Shown here piece by piece: positions 1 to 8,921 of a stretch of 32,000 nucleotides of DNA (positions are counted from its first letter, which is position 1; each line of letters opens with the position of its first letter). The stretch lies in the NCBI GenBank assembly GCA_019637095.1, contig JAHBWG010000023.1:39145-71144 (forward strand). The letters are read 5' to 3'. This stretch comes from Sandaracinaceae bacterium. GTDB lineage: Bacteria; Myxococcota_A; Polyangia; Polyangiales; Sandaracinaceae. The position numbers and the translations under genes were made by a program. The notes beneath the pieces were generated by a model. It had not been told where the DNA came from. It made no database searches and worked only from the letters and a program-made list of their open reading frames with translations.

Positions 1-1
1 C

Positions 2-940
2 GAGGCGGTGAAGGCCCGCGTGCGCGCCGAGGTGGAGAAGGCGGTGCCCGGCATCGAGCTGACGATCGAGACGGTCGTGCCGACGCGCGAGGTCATGGGC
101 GGCGACCCGATCCCGGGCGTCAAGAACGTGATCCTCGTGATGAGCGGCAAGGGCGGCGTCGGCAAGAGCACGACGGCCGTCAACTTGACGCTCGCACTCC
201 AGGCGATGGGGACTCGCGTGGGCCTGCTCGACGCGGACATCTACGGTCCGTCGATCCCGACGATGATGGGCATCGACGGCCACCCGGTGAGCAAGGACGG
301 AAAGCGCATCGATCCGCTCGCCCGCTTCGGCGTGCCGATGATGTCGATGGGCTTCCTGCTCGAGTCCGCGACCCAGGCGGTGGTCTGGCGCGGCCCGATG
401 CTCCACGGGGCGCTCAAGCAGTTCCTCGAGGACGTCGCCTGGGGCGAGCTCGACTACCTCGTGCTCGACCTGCCGCCGGGCACCGGCGACGTCGCGCTGA
501 CCATGGCCCAGCAGCTCAAGGTCACCGGCGTGGTGATGGTGACGACGCCGCAGGAGGTCGCGCTGCAGGACGTCTACAAGTCGGTCTCGATGTGCGAGAA
601 GCTGAACCTGCCCATCCTCGGCGTGATCGAGAACATGAGCTGGTTCGTCGACAGCGCCGGCGTCAAGCACGAGCTGTTCGGCGCCGGCGGCGGCAAGAAG
701 GTCGCCGACTTCGCCAAGGCCCCCCTGCTCGCGCAGGTGCCACTCGACACCGAGGTCCGCCGCTGGGGCGACGAGGGCATGCCGATCGTGAAGGCGGCCC
801 CGGACACCGAGGTCGCCCGCGCGTTCCTCGCCGCCGCCGACGCGCTCGCCGAGGCGATCGCGAAGCGCCACTTCGAGCGCACCGGCGGCGAGAAGGCGCC
901 CAAGGGAGAGGGCCCCAAGCGCCTCAAGATCGTGCGCTAG
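2..940 (+). CDS. apbC: Mrp/ApbC/NBP35-family Fe-S cluster carrier ATPase (5' end cut by window edge)
   Basis: ORF track 8..940, with the frame open back to base 2. Deviant Walker A 'SGKGGVGKST', 'LDADIYGPS' and 'LVLDLPPGTGD' are typical of the MinD/ParA-like Mrp family. GC3 is high. Confidence 0.85.
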   Translation, partial: EAVKARVRAEVEKAVPGIELTIETVVPTREVMGGDPIPGVKNVILVMSGKGGVGKSTTAVNLTLALQAMGTRVGLLDADIYGPSIPTMMGIDGHPVSKDGKRIDPLARFGVPMMSMGFLLESATQAVVWRGPMLHGALKQFLEDVAWGELDYLVLDLPPGTGDVALTMAQQLKVTGVVMVTTPQEVALQDVYKSVSMCEKLNLPILGVIENMSWFVDSAGVKHELFGAGGGKKVADFAKAPLLAQVPLDTEVRRWGDEGMPIVKAAPDTEVARAFLAAADALAEAIAKRHFERTGGEKAPKGEGPKRLKIVR

Positions 941-950
941 CCAGCCGTCG

Positions 951-3515
951 TCAGCGCGGCGTGATCGCCTGGCAGACCAGGCCGAACCGCTCCAACACGT
1001 CCGGCGTACCGGTGGAGTACGCGCCGCGGATCCCGCGCGCGACGGAGCCCGCGGGGCAGTGGTGAGGGCCGAAGGGGGTCGCGGGCTCCATCACCGGCGG
1101 CGGCGGCCCATCGGCGAGCACCGAGTCGCCTGGCGTGAGCGTCAGCGTCACGCCAGGCATGGTGCGCCCGTTGGCCGTGATCACCGAGCAGTGCAGCGTC
1201 AGCGTGTCGATGACGGTGCGGCCCATGTACGTCATCTGCGACCCGCTGAACCCGGTGAGCAGCTGCCCCGTCGGGCACTCCCACGTGCCCCATCCGTCGC
1301 CGCCGCGCTCGGGGAACGTGTGGATGGGGATCCGGCGCTCGACACGGTAGCGCGGCTCCGATGTCGAGCGGTCGGGCGCGAAGCCCACCGTCCAACACTG
1401 GGTCACGAGGCCTTCGAAGAACTGCGAGCCGACCTGATCGAGCGTCAGCCAGAAGATGGCCATGTCGTCCGGGCAGACGTCCTCGAAGGCGACGCCGCTG
1501 CCGTTGCCGACCTGGGGCGTGTAGCTGGCCGACCCCGCGGTGATCCCCACCGGGACGGGGCCGCAGTCGGCGCTACACGTGTCGCCGAGCTCGCTGCCGT
1601 TGCAGCACGCGTCGGGGCACGTCGCCGAGCGCGTGCAGCTCTGCATCTCGGTGCGCATCGTCGCGCCGGTGCAGGCGCCGCCCGTGCACGCCGGCGTCGT
1701 GCAGGTCGCGCTGCGGGTGCCCATCGTCAGGTCGCAGCCCATCCCGGTGCAGGCGCCGAACGGCCCGCACGACTCCATCCCGCAGGCGGTCCCGTTGGGT
1801 CGCGTGGCGTCCGCCGGGCAGCTCGCGCTCGAGCCCGTGCACGCCTCCGCGGGGTTGCATGCGTCGCCCGCGGGGCGGCACTCCGTGCCGGCCGCGACGA
1901 AGCCATCCGTCGGGCAGCTCGTCGCGCTGCCGTTGCACACCTCGGCGACGTCGCACGCGCCGCTGACCGGCCGGCACTCGAAGCCCATCGGCCGGCGCTG
2001 GTCCGCCGGGCACGTGGTCGCGAGACCGTCGCACACCTCCGCGACGTCGCACGGTCCCGCCGCCGCGCGGCACTCGCTGCCGCCGGCGCGCACGAGGTCG
2101 CCGGGGCAGGCCGAGCCTCCGGCGCACAGCTCGGCGACGTCGCACGGCCCCGCCGCCGCGCGGCACTCGGTCCCGGGCGCCGCGAACCGGTCGGTCGGGC
2201 ACGCCGCCGCGTTGCCGGGGCAGACCTCGGCCACGTCGCAGCCGCCGCTCGCGGGGCGGCACGTCGTGCTCGCGCCGAGGAACCGATCCATCGGGCAGCT
2301 CGTCGAGGTCCCGTCGCACTGCTCCGCGACGTCGCAGGGTCCGGCCGCCGCGCGGCACGGGGTGCCGGCCGGCGCGGGCGTCGAGCCGGCGCAGGTCGGC
2401 GTCGCGGTCGAGCAGTCGATGGTCCCGCGCTCGCAAGGGCCGCGCTCGCACGAGAGGCCAGGCGTGCAGGCCACGCACGCGCCGGCGATGCAGACGCCGG
2501 CCCCGCACACCGCGCCGTCCGCGCGTGGGCGGTCGGCGGGGCACTCGGCGCTCGCGCCGGTGCAGGACTCGGCGGCGTCGCACTCGCCGCGCGCGGCGCG
2601 ACACTCGGTGCTCGCGGGCGCGAGCTCGTCGGGCGGACAGGTGGTCTCACCCGCGCACGTCTCGGCGACGTCGCACGGGCCGATCGCGGGACGGCAGACG
2701 GTGTCGCCCGGCGCCGCGCGGTCGACGACGCAGACGGGCTCCCCGTCGAGGCAGTCGATGCGCCCGATCGCGCAGACGTCGCCGACGTCGCAGGCCGCGC
2801 CTGGGACGCAGCCGCCGCCGGCGTCGAGCCCGGCGTCCGCCGTCGGCGCCCCGGCGTCGACGCCGCCGTCCGCGGCCGGCGCGCCCGCGTCGAGGCCGAG
2901 CGTCCGGCAGCCCACCTCGACGTCGCAGTACTCGCCCGCCGCGCACGCGCCCGTCGGCTCGAGCAGGCACGCGCCCTCGAGGCACGCCGCGCGTACGCAG
3001 GGGACGCGCGCCGCCGGGCAACCGGTCGGGCTCTCGCACGCGGCGACGGGGCACGCGCTCGGGTCCGCGCCGCACCGCGGATCCACGCAGCGCCCTCCGA
3101 AGCACGACGACGCCTCCGCGGCGTCGCTCGGGCCGGGGCACACCACGTCGGCGCAGGTGCGCGTGATCACGACGGTCAGCGCGTAGGAGCGCGGCGCGGC
3201 GAGGCGCACCGTCCGCTCCGCGAGGGTGGTCCCATCGGCGCGCAGCAGCTGCACGCGCACCGAGTAGTCACCACCGCTGAGGCTCGAGAGCTCCGCCACG
3301 CGCTCTCCGTCGAACCATCGCCGGCCCGCCGCGAACGCGGGCCGCTCGGCGCCGCCGAGGCGAGACCCCGTCACCGGTCCGGCGAACACGTCCGTGCGCA
3401 CCGCCGTGAACTCGACCCCGCCGACGAGGTCGGTGCGCAGGTCGACGGTCAGCGTCGAGGGCTCCTCGCACCCGAGCAGGACGAGCATCAGCGCGAGAGA
3501 CGACCGCGTCCTCAT
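951..3515 (-). CDS. Secreted Cys-rich lipoprotein with tandem disintegrin-like repeats and a C-terminal triple CP-x-G...L-x-C repeat domain
   Basis: 854-aa ORF. N-terminal 'MRTRSSLALMLVLLGC' is a signal peptide plus lipobox. There are eight copies of C-R-x-A-x-G-x-C-D-x-A-E-x-C-x-G-x-S-x-x-C-P-x-D. A DAGAP-type low-complexity linker is present. The gene is convergent with apbC. Confidence 0.85.
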   Translation of the reverse strand: MRTRSSLALMLVLLGCEEPSTLTVDLRTDLVGGVEFTAVRTDVFAGPVTGSRLGGAERPAFAAGRRWFDGERVAELSSLSGGDYSVRVQLLRADGTTLAERTVRLAAPRSYALTVVITRTCADVVCPGPSDAAEASSCFGGRCVDPRCGADPSACPVAACESPTGCPAARVPCVRAACLEGACLLEPTGACAAGEYCDVEVGCRTLGLDAGAPAADGGVDAGAPTADAGLDAGGGCVPGAACDVGDVCAIGRIDCLDGEPVCVVDRAAPGDTVCRPAIGPCDVAETCAGETTCPPDELAPASTECRAARGECDAAESCTGASAECPADRPRADGAVCGAGVCIAGACVACTPGLSCERGPCERGTIDCSTATPTCAGSTPAPAGTPCRAAAGPCDVAEQCDGTSTSCPMDRFLGASTTCRPASGGCDVAEVCPGNAAACPTDRFAAPGTECRAAAGPCDVAELCAGGSACPGDLVRAGGSECRAAAGPCDVAEVCDGLATTCPADQRRPMGFECRPVSGACDVAEVCNGSATSCPTDGFVAAGTECRPAGDACNPAEACTGSSASCPADATRPNGTACGMESCGPFGACTGMGCDLTMGTRSATCTTPACTGGACTGATMRTEMQSCTRSATCPDACCNGSELGDTCSADCGPVPVGITAGSASYTPQVGNGSGVAFEDVCPDDMAIFWLTLDQVGSQFFEGLVTQCWTVGFAPDRSTSEPRYRVERRIPIHTFPERGGDGWGTWECPTGQLLTGFSGSQMTYMGRTVIDTLTLHCSVITANGRTMPGVTLTLTPGDSVLADGPPPPVMEPATPFGPHHCPAGSVARGIRGAYSTGTPDVLERFGLVCQAITPR
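1782..2357 (-). repeat. Six tandem ~96-nt coding repeats (32-aa disintegrin-like units, aa 387-578 of the lipoprotein)
   Basis: Manual alignment of CRAAAGPCDVAEQCDGTSTSCPMDRF, CRPASGGCDVAEVCPGNAAACPTDRF, CRAAAGPCDVAELCAGGSACPGDL, CRAAAGPCDVAEVCDGLATTCPADQ, CRPVSGACDVAEVCNGSATSCPTDGF and CRPAGDACNPAEACTGSSASCPADA. Confidence 0.85.
2508..2696 (-). repeat. Two further copies of the same 32-aa Cys repeat (aa 274-336)
   Basis: CRPAIGPCDVAETCAGETTCPPDE and CRAARGECDAAESCTGASAECPADR. A different Cys-rich segment separates them from the six-copy block. Confidence 0.8.
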
Positions 3516-3566
3516 CCGCGACCATGGTGCCGGAGCGCGGCGCGCGCGACAACCGCGCGCGTCGCT

Positions 3567-4058
3567 TCAGGCGACCATCGGGTCGGCGGGATCCTCGCCG
3601 AAGCGCAGGTGCTTCTTCCACACGCCGGTCGAGTCCTCGTAGAGATCCGAGCGGCTCGGCACGCCATCGAGCGCGACGCCCATGCGGCCCGGGCCCCGCA
3701 GCGCGCGCCAGCGCACGGCGCACGGGAACACGTACTCGCAGCCGGCCTGCGGATCCTCGACCCGCACGATCACGCGCGTGCCCACCTCCTGCGGGCGCGC
3801 GGTCAGGATCAGGAAGCCGCCGCCGGACAGGTCGCGGATCTCGCCCGACTCGAACCCGCCGGGCCGCGTGAACTGGACGGGGAGCGTCAGCTTGACGCGC
3901 GCGAACGCGCGCTGGCGCGTGTCGGGCGTCTCGCCGCGCAGCAGGCGGGCGAGGCCCATGAGCCGCACGCGTTCGGCGTCGTCGAGGACGATGTCGAGGT
4001 CTCGCTCCTTGCTCGAGAGGAGCTGGTGCTCGTAGATCATGGAGAGGAGGTTGCGCAC
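3567..4058 (-). CDS. PilZ domain protein (putative c-di-GMP receptor)
   Basis: 'RQRAFAR' (RxxxR) and 'DLSGGG' (DxSxxG) motifs. GTG start at 4058 is preceded by GGAG with a 7-nt spacer on the minus strand. An alternative ATG lies at 4040. Confidence 0.75.
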   Translation of the reverse strand: MRNLLSMIYEHQLLSSKERDLDIVLDDAERVRLMGLARLLRGETPDTRQRAFARVKLTLPVQFTRPGGFESGEIRDLSGGGFLILTARPQEVGTRVIVRVEDPQAGCEYVFPCAVRWRALRGPGRMGVALDGVPSRSDLYEDSTGVWKKHLRFGEDPADPMVA

Positions 4059-4186
4059 GGTCTTGCTCCGAAGGTTCGCAAGGATTGTTCCTTCACGGGC
4101 TCGTCGCGGATCGAAGACGTTCGAGCGCGCGGGAAGTTTCGAGGCGTGTAATCCGCCTGACAGCTAGAGTGGGCGGCCGGACACGG

Positions 4187-5500
<1,314 letters not shown>

Positions 5501-5504
5501 GCGC

Positions 5505-5894
5505 TCAGGCGCCCGCGGCGCGGCGCAGCGTCGAGCGGTGCTCGACCGCGTGCCGCACGAGGGACGCGAGCGCCTTCTCGATCTCGCCGAAGTCGAGCGA
5601 CTCGGTCGGGAGCTCGACGGTGAGCACCACGTCGCCGTCCTCGTCGTAGGCGAACTTGCACTGGTACATGTCGCGGTTCATGCGCAGCAGCCAGCGCGCG
5701 AGCTCGAACGAATTGTCGCCGCGCGTGGTCAGGAACGGCACGATCGAGGCGATGAGCCAGTTGTCGGTGAGCCGGACGTAGGCGACGAGCTCGCCCTCGT
5801 CGGTCTCGTGGGTCGACCGGAACGTCCCGTTCCCGTGGGGCTGGGGGTTCCAGCCGAGCTTCGAGAGCGTGCGCGACACCGTCGCCTCATCCAT
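5505..5894 (-). CDS. YbjN-like / type III secretion chaperone-like small cytoplasmic protein
   Basis: Only the C-terminal 129 aa of ORF 5505..6770 look protein-like ('MDEATVSRTLSKLGWNP...LVAYVRLTDNWLIASIVPFL...YQCKFAYDEDGDVVLTVELP'). The upstream part is Arg-rich shadow sequence. ATG at 5894. Confidence 0.65.
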   Translation of the reverse strand: MDEATVSRTLSKLGWNPQPHGNGTFRSTHETDEGELVAYVRLTDNWLIASIVPFLTTRGDNSFELARWLLRMNRDMYQCKFAYDEDGDVVLTVELPTESLDFGEIEKALASLVRHAVEHRSTLRRAAGA

Positions 5895-5949
5895 AGTTCC
5901 GGAGCATCGAAGCGCAGCGCACGAGCTGTCAAGCGAGGAGTCCCGACAC

Positions 5950-6168
5950 GTGAGCATCACCGGCACCATCCGCAAGATCGGCATCGAGGGGGGCGTGTGG
6001 GCGCTCGTCACCGACGCGGGCGCGCAGGTCGAGCTGATCGACCCGCCGGCCGCGTTGAAGCAGGACGGCGTGCGCGCCGAGATCGAGCCCGACGCCGACC
6101 GCCCCGTCGACGTGAGCATCGGGATGCTCGGCCGCGCGGTACGCGTGCGGCGCTTCACGATCCTCTGA
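5950..6168 (+). CDS. Small hypothetical protein (72 aa)
   Basis: GTG at 5950 is preceded by GAGGAG with a 9-nt spacer. GC3 is almost uniformly G/C. Divergent from the YbjN-like gene. I recognise no family. Confidence 0.5.
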   Translation: MSITGTIRKIGIEGGVWALVTDAGAQVELIDPPAALKQDGVRAEIEPDADRPVDVSIGMLGRAVRVRRFTIL

Positions 6169-6220
6169 GTCGGCGGGGGAGCACTCCCAACGTTCCAACC
6201 CTCCTCGTCTCCCCTTCTCG

Positions 6221-6251
6221 CTTCGTCTCCCGTGAACGACGGGAGACGAAG
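6221..6251. terminator. Perfect 13-bp stem / 5-nt loop hairpin between convergent genes (candidate bidirectional terminator)
   Basis: cttcgtctcccgt-gaacg-acgggagacgaag. It lies in a 151-bp gap between the 3' ends at 6168 (+) and 6320 (-). There is no U-tract on either side. Confidence 0.5.
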
Positions 6252-6319
6252 AGAGCCGGAGGCGAGGAGAGTGCGCCTACGGCGCGAGCAAGGATCTCGC
6301 GCAGCTCCCGGGTCGTGCG

Positions 6320-6970
6320 CTACGCGCGGATCCGCGCGAGGGCCACGCCGTCGCGCTCGTCGAGCTCGAGGGCGACGCGCGCGAGCTCGGCGAGCCGCGC
6401 GAGCGCGTACATCCCGCCCGCGCGGACGTAGCGGCCGCTCGGGCTCGCCTTGAGCGCGCGCTGACCGCGGGCGCTGAGCGCGCTCGCGCGCAGCTCCGCG
6501 GGCAGCGGGGCGCCGCGGTCGGCGATCTCGATCACTCCGTCGGCGGCGAGCGAGACCCGCACCTCGCCGTGCCGCGCGGCGGCGCGCACGAGGCGATCGA
6601 CGAGCACGGTGAGCAGGCCCGCGGAGACCGCCCGCTCGACGGGCGCGTCCGGCAGCGTGAGCGCGGCGTCGACGCCGCTGCGAGCCACGGCCGCGCGCAC
6701 GCACGCGCCGAGATCGGTCGGCGCAGGGCTCGGCGGCGCGCTCGCGGCGCCGGCGGCCTCGCCGATCCACGCGAGCTGCTCGAGCCCGCGCGCGAGCTGC
6801 CCGAGCGCCTGCTCGCAGTCGTCGAGGACGTCGCGCGACTCGCCCTCCGCGCTCGCCGTCACCCGCAGCAGCTCCACGTTCGCGCGCAGGACGGCGAGCG
6901 GGCTCCGCAGGTCGTGCGCGACGAGGCCGAGGAGCGAGCCGAGCGCGGCGTCGTCGGGCGCGTCGCTCAC
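6320..6970 (-). CDS. Soluble histidine-kinase-like protein (HisKA H-box with a degenerate ATPase domain)
   Basis: H-box 'VAHDLRSPLAVLRANVELL'. The C-terminal half aligns to HATPase_c, but the N-box Asn is not evident ('VDRLVRAAARH'), G1 is 'ADRGAP' and G2 is degenerate ('AGGMYAL'). The GTG start at 6970 overlaps the upstream stop (GTGA). Confidence 0.65.
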   Translation of the reverse strand: MSDAPDDAALGSLLGLVAHDLRSPLAVLRANVELLRVTASAEGESRDVLDDCEQALGQLARGLEQLAWIGEAAGAASAPPSPAPTDLGACVRAAVARSGVDAALTLPDAPVERAVSAGLLTVLVDRLVRAAARHGEVRVSLAADGVIEIADRGAPLPAELRASALSARGQRALKASPSGRYVRAGGMYALARLAELARVALELDERDGVALARIRA

Positions 6971-7311
6971 GCGCCCTTCTCCTCGAGCTGCTCGCGCGCC
7001 GCCTGCAGCGTGTCGCCGAACGGGAGATCCTGGGATTCCTCGTGGTGCTTGATCGCGCGGCCGAGCGTCGCGACGAGCGCGAGCGTGCCGTCTCCGTCGT
7101 CGCCGCGGTCGCGCGGCGGGATCCCGAGCACCGCGGCGCGCCGCTCGAGGACCGGGAGCACGTCGCGGCGCAGCCTGGTCTCGAGCTCGAGGCGGCGCCG
7201 CAGCTCGGCGCGCGCGCGCTGCCCGCCGACGAGCACGGCGACGGATGCGCCGAGCACCAGGCCTCCGAGCGCCGCGATCACCGTCTCCCAACCGGGCACG
7301 TCGCGCAGCAT
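6967..7311 (-). CDS. Small N-terminally membrane-anchored coiled-coil protein (114 aa)
   Basis: One TM helix ('WETVIAALGGLVLGASVAVLVGG') followed by a charged helical region. GC3 is high. Its stop overlaps the start of the HK-like gene by 4 nt. Confidence 0.55.
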   Translation of the reverse strand: MLRDVPGWETVIAALGGLVLGASVAVLVGGQRARAELRRRLELETRLRRDVLPVLERRAAVLGIPPRDRGDDGDGTLALVATLGRAIKHHEESQDLPFGDTLQAAREQLEEKGA

Positions 7312-7377
7312 ACCTCAGCCGCGCGTCGCGACCGTCCGGGTCCGGTGCGGTCCGGCGAGCGCGAGGGCGAAGCAGGT

Positions 7378-8322
7378 TCACTCCCACACGAGCACGCGCT
7401 CGGCGCCGTGCACCGCGACGAGCGCCGCGACGTACGACAACAGCGCGCGGCGCCGCGCCGAGAACGCGGCGATCTGCGCGTCGTCCAACACCGCGCGGCC
7501 GCCGAGCGCCTCGCCGTCGGCAGCGAGGCTGGCGCGGAGCGCGGTCGCGTCGAGCGCCGCGAGCCGCGCCACGAACCCGCGCGAGAAGCGCTGCGTGCGC
7601 TCGAGCGTCTGGCGCAGGCGCTCGTAGCGCGCCGGGACGAGCTGGCCGAACGCGACGTTGTGGTCGCGCACGAAGAGCCGGTCGCCCTGCGCCGTCGTCG
7701 AGACGTTGCCGCCGCTCAGCCGGTCCCAGTTCGCGATCAGGTAGTCGAACGCGAGCATCGTCGACAGATCGCGCGCGACGCCCTGCGCGCCCTCGGGCAC
7801 CTCGCCCTCGAGCCGCAGCCACGGGGTGCTCGCGTCGAGCCCGGCCTCGGTCGCGAGCTCGCTCGGCCGCATCGCGGGGATCCAGTAGATCGCCGCGCCG
7901 CGGACCGTCGCGCCCTCGTCCCAACGGATCGCCGCCTCGATCGGCGGCCAGTCCTCGGCGTGGTCGCTGCGGAAGCGCTCGCGCATCATCGCGCGACCGA
8001 GGCGCAGACCTCGCACGGGCGGCACGTTGTCCATCCCGAGGGCGCGGGCGATGCGGTAGGCGGCGATCTCGGCGAGGTAGCCGCGCGGGTGCAGGTCGGT
8101 GCGCGGCTTGAACGCGACGCGCACGGCGGCGAGGTCCGCGCGCAGCGTCACGCTGCTCGTCCCGACCTGGCGCAGCTCGCGCACGAAGTGCGGGCTCATC
8201 CGCTCGAGGATCTCGTCCTGATCGAGCTCGCCCCCGACGAACGGGAGCGGCGCCTCCTGCGCCGACGCGCCGGAGCCGACGAGCGCGAGCGCCAAGAGGA
8301 GGGACCGTCGCACCGTGGCCAT
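7378..8322 (-). CDS. Secreted FAM20 / Golgi-casein-kinase-like protein kinase homologue
   Basis: Signal peptide 'MATVRRSLLLALALVGSGASAQ'. 'VAFKPRTD...YLAEIAAYRIARALGMDNVPPV' resembles FAM20C 'VLKPMRQ...[22 protein letters not shown]'. 'AFDYLIANWDR...LFVRDHNVAFG' resembles 'IFDFLMGNMDRHHYE...IIHLDNGRGFG'. I start at ATG 8322 rather than the TTG at 8358. Confidence 0.7.
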   Translation of the reverse strand: MATVRRSLLLALALVGSGASAQEAPLPFVGGELDQDEILERMSPHFVRELRQVGTSSVTLRADLAAVRVAFKPRTDLHPRGYLAEIAAYRIARALGMDNVPPVRGLRLGRAMMRERFRSDHAEDWPPIEAAIRWDEGATVRGAAIYWIPAMRPSELATEAGLDASTPWLRLEGEVPEGAQGVARDLSTMLAFDYLIANWDRLSGGNVSTTAQGDRLFVRDHNVAFGQLVPARYERLRQTLERTQRFSRGFVARLAALDATALRASLAADGEALGGRAVLDDAQIAAFSARRRALLSYVAALVAVHGAERVLVWE

Positions 8323-8397
8323 GCGCGGAATCTGCGACGGCTCCCCGCGAGGCGGCAAGATCGTGCGCGAACGCCGCAGGCGGTCACGCCCGCGCGT

Positions 8398-8523
8398 TCA
8401 CTTCTTGCGCTCCCGCTTGCGGCGCTCGAGCTCGGCGCGGGCGGCGCGCGCGCCGAGCACGTAGCCGATCGCGGCGCCGACGAGGAGGATGCCCGGGATG
8501 TAGATCAGGTGCTCGACGGGCAC
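8398..8523 (-). CDS. 41-aa single-TM protein with a basic tail (hypothetical)
   Basis: GTG at 8523 lies 2 nt after the ccmD-like stop and is preceded by GAGGA with a 6-nt spacer. The sequence is 'VPVEHLIYIPGILLVGAAIGYVLGARAARAELERRKRERKK', with uniformly high GC3. Confidence 0.45.
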   Translation of the reverse strand: MPVEHLIYIPGILLVGAAIGYVLGARAARAELERRKRERKK

Positions 8524-8525
8524 GA

Positions 8526-8921
8526 TCAGTCCTCGGACGCGCCCTTCTTCGGCTTCTTCTTGGTCGCCGCGGCCTTGGGCCCCGCGGCCTCGGGCTCCGC
8601 CTTCGACGCGGCCTTCGAGGAGGCCCTGGCGATGTCGTCGCTCAGCCGCGCGAGATCGCCCGCGAGCTTGCTCTGGCGCATGCCGAGCCAGCCGACGTAG
8701 CCGAACACGAGGGCCCAGACGACCCCGTACGCGACGACCATCAGCATCCCGCCCGGGATGTTCTCGGTCTGCGCGCCGGTCGCCGCCTCCATCGTCATCG
8801 CGCGCTCTTCGCCGGCGCTCTGCTCCTGCGCGAGCGCGCCGAGCGGCAGCGCGCTCAGCGCCGCGAGCGCGCCTGCGAGCAGCCACCCCAACCGCCTCGC
8901 TCGTCCCTCACGGGGGGTCAT
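8526..8921 (-). CDS. ccmD: CcmD-like (alternative-family) heme exporter subunit with extended N- and C-terminal regions
   Basis: TM segment 'MLMVVAYGVVWALVFGYVGWLGMRQSKL' fits the CcmD pattern. ATG at 8921 overlaps the ccmC stop (ATGA). An internal start (MTMEA or MLMVV) cannot be excluded. Confidence 0.6.
   Translation of the reverse strand: MTPREGRARRLGWLLAGALAALSALPLGALAQEQSAGEERAMTMEAATGAQTENIPGGMLMVVAYGVVWALVFGYVGWLGMRQSKLAGDLARLSDDIARASSKAASKAEPEAAGPKAAATKKKPKKGASED

Noticed and set aside
2590-2610. The 'RGE' tripeptide in one disintegrin-like repeat (CRAARGECDAAESC) as a possible integrin-binding RGD-type motif
   Set aside because: It is RGE rather than RGD, it occurs in only one of eight repeats, and there is no reason from sequence alone to infer integrin binding.
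1059-4151. 1030-aa ORF on the + strand, with nested ORFs 1540..3186, 1573..2604, 1727..2650, 2525..3166 and others
   Set aside because: These are antisense or out-of-frame to the Cys-repeat lipoprotein and the PilZ gene. Their composition is dominated by Arg/Ala/Gly/Pro with no motifs. Such shadow ORFs are expected when stop codons are rare at more than 70% GC.
5895-6770. N-terminal extensions of composite ORFs (5505..6770, 6320..7924, 14755..18051, 29154..30986, 20945..21001, 25267..25329, 4085..4186)
   Set aside because: The protein-like sequence begins only at internal ATG or GTG codons, often with a Shine-Dalgarno sequence or a 4-nt overlap with the preceding gene. The upstream extensions overlap neighbouring genes and are low-complexity Arg-rich.
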